From: Xylographa opegraphella
Taxonomy: Eukaryota
Length of the DNA: 53,104 nucleotides
Direction of reading: 5' to 3'
Assembly (NCBI GenBank): GCA_022813865.1
Contig: JALDZX010000063.1
Coordinates: 62,001 to 115,104 of the forward strand
Shown here piece after piece: positions 50,267 through 53,104 of this stretch. A program made the translations under genes and the position numbers. Within the stretch, counting starts at the first letter, position 1, and each line of letters begins with the position of its first letter. Under the pieces are notes generated by a model. The model did not search any database, was not told the DNA's origin, and worked only from the letters and a program-made list of their open reading frames with translations.

Positions 50267-50940
50267 CCTTAATGTGAAGACAATACTCACATTATTTGAT
50301 GATCTGTCGTTCCAAAACGCTATATATTTTAGGAATTGCTCTGTGCAGCAGCCCGGCAGTGACCGCTCCGCCCATGTATCATCACTAACTGTTGAGCGAC
50401 CACAAACGGGTCTCATCGACTCCTTCAAGATTACCCTTCATGCCATCACCAGAAGCGTAATCGCTGTAAACCAGTCCCGTCATTCCAAAATCCACATGCA
50501 TCTTTCTGAGATCCGCCTCTCCATGGCGCCCAGCCACACAGCAGCCCCTTCTCCTTTTAATCGCTGTCACAATACTCCTCAAGCTCTACGTCTCCCCATG
50601 CCTGATATTCTGGTACGCACAACACCCATCACAGATCGCCGCCTGGAGATAGCTCCATACAAATAGACAAAGGCATTCCACCTGCGACCAATCTATAATC
50701 TTCAAAACATTGCCAGAACATGTACACGACCATGGCCACCTCACACCATTGCAAACTCCACCGTTACCAAAGGATAATTGATCTCTAGTTGTTCTGCAAC
50801 CAGATGCAGTAATTGAGCATCGTCAGATCAAAGTATTACAAAGCTTTCTTTTGTTCTTTGAACTGTAAATTCCGTGAGGCTTATCGAGGACAATCTTGTG
50901 CAGTTGTCAACAATTGTTGTAAGCGCATCTGCTAGCCCTA

Positions 50941-50986
50941 GGAGTTTTCCCGGGGTTGTGCACGGCCCGCTCTTAGTGCACACCCC
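50941..50986. repeat. Left terminal inverted repeat
   Basis: GGAGTTTTCCCGGGGTTGTGCACGGCCCGCTCTTAGTGCACACCCC; 45 of 46 bases match the reverse complement of 53057-53102. Confidence 0.95.
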
Positions 50987-51102
50987 CCTAAGCTTTCGCC
51001 ACCATCATATTTTCGCGATATGTCAACAACTACTATTTCATTTATTATTGTATGATTATATGTTATTCTATATATCAATACGAAACTTTCTAGCTGGTAA
51101 AA

Positions 51103-53029
51103 TCATAAATCGAATTGTTTTGCGTTCTTCAATTGCCGCCCGAAGCGAGGTGTCCTGATTTCGGGCCCTTCCTCTTCTGGTACCTCTATTACCCCATTCT
51201 CAACCACTTCTTTTTGTTTTGATACCTGTCGGCGCTTCTTTTCCTGCCTTTTCTCCTCCTCAGCTGTTAAACGTAGCTGTCGGTCCACTATCCGTTGCTC
51301 TTGAGCCTTCGCCTGGATGGCCTGTTTTTGCGCCTTCTCTTTGAGCCGCTGTAGGCGCTGTTCCTCGCGGCCTGCCTTCCTCTGCGCTGTAAGCAGTTCT
51401 CTTTCCTCTTTCGCAAGCTGTTTCTGGCGCTTAGCTTCTATCTTTTGAGCCTGCACAAGGTCTCGTTCTTCTTCCTTCTCTTTCTGACGGTCTCGCGCGC
51501 GCTGAATTTTGCTAGGGCTAAAAAACATGGCGCCACCATTATTTTCAACCCCTAAATCATCGAAAAGAGGCTTTCCGCGTCTTCTTTTGTTCTTTTCGAG
51601 ACGCACGGTCTCTCGGAGGTCCGCGACTTTGGCCTGAAGAATGGTATTTTCGGTAGTTAGTCGATCGATCGTATTTGTGGTCTTCCGCGCCTCCGGAGCC
51701 ATTACCTCCCCTACTACCTCCCGTATCAGCTTCCGGACCTTCCGCCAGTCAGTATTGGACAGCGCAGAAGATCCGGAAGTGCTTGAGGCGGAGTTTGGTC
51801 GTTCCGGAAGCTTGATCTGATCCAGAACGCGGGTCGAATTTAGGGGTTGTAGACCCGTCTTCTCCCACCCGCTAAGAATATTCTTAGGGGTGAATGCAGT
51901 CAAAAATGCGGCCCAAAACAGCTCGAAGAAGTCTCTTTTGGTCAGTCTGGATAAGCCCTGGGTCTTGTGCATCCAATTGCTAACATTTTGGGAGTAATAA
52001 TTGGCCAAGGGGCTAAATAGCCCTACATCCAGGGGTTGCAGGCGGTGAGTCGAATGCGCCGGATATACCGCTACTAGAATTCGATGCTGATTACACCAGT
52101 TCAGGAACTTCATATTAACGTGACTGTTATGTCCGTCAACAAATAGAAGCCTGTATTCTCGTCCGAATCGAGCTTTTTCCTTGGTAAATCGGTCAAAAAC
52201 CTTGGTAAGCCACGAGAAGCCCAGTTCCTTCATTGGTCCAGCCGGTGTGAGACGAACTAAAGAAGCAAATATGCTCTTTAGGGTCGAATGCATCAAGCCA
52301 GGTGTCCTGAAGGTTTCCGGAATCGGCCTGATAGATGATTGCGGGGGGTGGGTAGGAGCCGTCCTTACAAATAGACCCTATTAGGGTAATCCATTCTCGG
52401 TTCCCATCCATGCCCGCCCCGATCAATTTGCCGCTGCGGCGGTAATCTATATTAAAGACTCGCTTAGTCTTCTGCAGAACGCCGATGAGAAACCCCTTTT
52501 CGTCCATATTATAAACATTATAGGGGCGAATTTCATACTGCATTATTTTTTGTTCAATCTACCTTTTATTAGCATAGTTTATATACACATTAGGGTTACA
52601 AACTAGCTTGAAATAAAGCTTATATTGATATATATTGTCCGCTTTATTTCGGCTCATTTCGGCTCTAGCTAAAAAGCCTGATGAAAGCTTGTTTCCGGCG
52701 GAGCTGACGAAGCTGTAAACCCAGTTTTTGCCTGGCCATTTTCCACTAATATCATACGCAAATGTACGCACCATTGCATTGGTAGGGGGTAAGCCGCGAG
52801 CGGACAAATCGTTAATATATCGAACGAGGCCCCGAAGCTGTTCCTGATTGAGCAATTGATTATTTTTTGGCCGGACCCCTCTTTCGGCTGTTTTGCCCTT
52901 ATGACGTCGTGCCAGAGTCGTACGCACTACATTGTATTTTTTGTCTGTAGCACTGTAATTAGAGACCTCTTGCAATGCTAAATCAGCAAGAGCGGCTTCA
53001 ATTGGCTTCATTTTCATTAAGATATCCAT
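51103..53029 (-). pseudogene. Pogo/Fot1 transposase (HTH psq/CENP-B plus DDE_1, D35D), broken by one +1 frameshift
   Basis: KYNVVRTTLARR, LVRYINDLSARGLPPT, GKNWV; 45-nt intron 52603-52559; YNMDEKGF, GNREWITLI, GWTNE/ELGFSWL (extra G at ~52227), VDGHNSH-...-QPLDVG with 35 residues between the aspartates. Confidence 0.9.
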
Positions 53030-53056
53030 ATAATAAGAGGTTAGGGTTTCGGATGA

Positions 53057-53102
53057 GGGGTGTGCACTAAGAGCGGGCCGTGCATAACCCCGGGAAAACT
53101 CC
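53057..53102. repeat. Right terminal inverted repeat
   Basis: Reverse complement of 50941-50986 with one mismatch, followed by TA at the window end. Confidence 0.95.
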
Positions 53103-53104
53103 TA

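Larger units (their letters stand above)
50941..53102 (-). mobile_element. Full-length Fot1/pogo-type (Tc1/mariner superfamily) DNA transposon, 2162 bp
   Basis: 46-bp TIRs at both ends, TA at 50939-50940 and 53103-53104, and an internal transposase gene. Confidence 0.95.

Noticed and set aside
50300..50938. Possible gene remnant disrupted by the transposon
   Set aside because: Multiple stops and no identifiable motif in the frames I read.

Overview
Eukaryotic, intron-containing DNA from a filamentous ascomycete (Pezizomycotina, inferred from gene content and 45-70 nt GT-AG introns). Bases 1-~42.3 kb are a gene-dense, mostly housekeeping block: SWR1 (partial, runs off the left edge), complex I subunit NDUFB8, a MUN/C2-domain protein, a SLO1/SCOCO-like coiled-coil protein, an orphan multi-AT-hook protein, 14-3-3, ATPase inhibitor INH1, NSP1, MTC1, a GH115 glucuronidase, a UPF0390 protein, a Kre9/Knh1-N-like secreted protein apparently truncated by frameshifts, PEX2, importin-11/KAP120, an aromatic aldehyde dehydrogenase and a GH5 exo-1,3-beta-glucanase. 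From ~42.7 kb the window looks accessory: degenerate or RIP-like sequence, an orphan secreted Cys-domain/tandem-repeat protein, an FAD monooxygenase, and a complete Fot1/pogo DNA transposon (46-bp TIRs, TA flanks, one frameshift) that ends exactly at the window edge. I found no clearly new multi-gene system. The best leads are the orphan secreted repeat protein, a cryptic microexon-like locus at 10.8-11.6 kb, the fossil GPI tail, local GC peaks and frequent AAG splice acceptors. All gene models and family calls were made by eye, without database searches.
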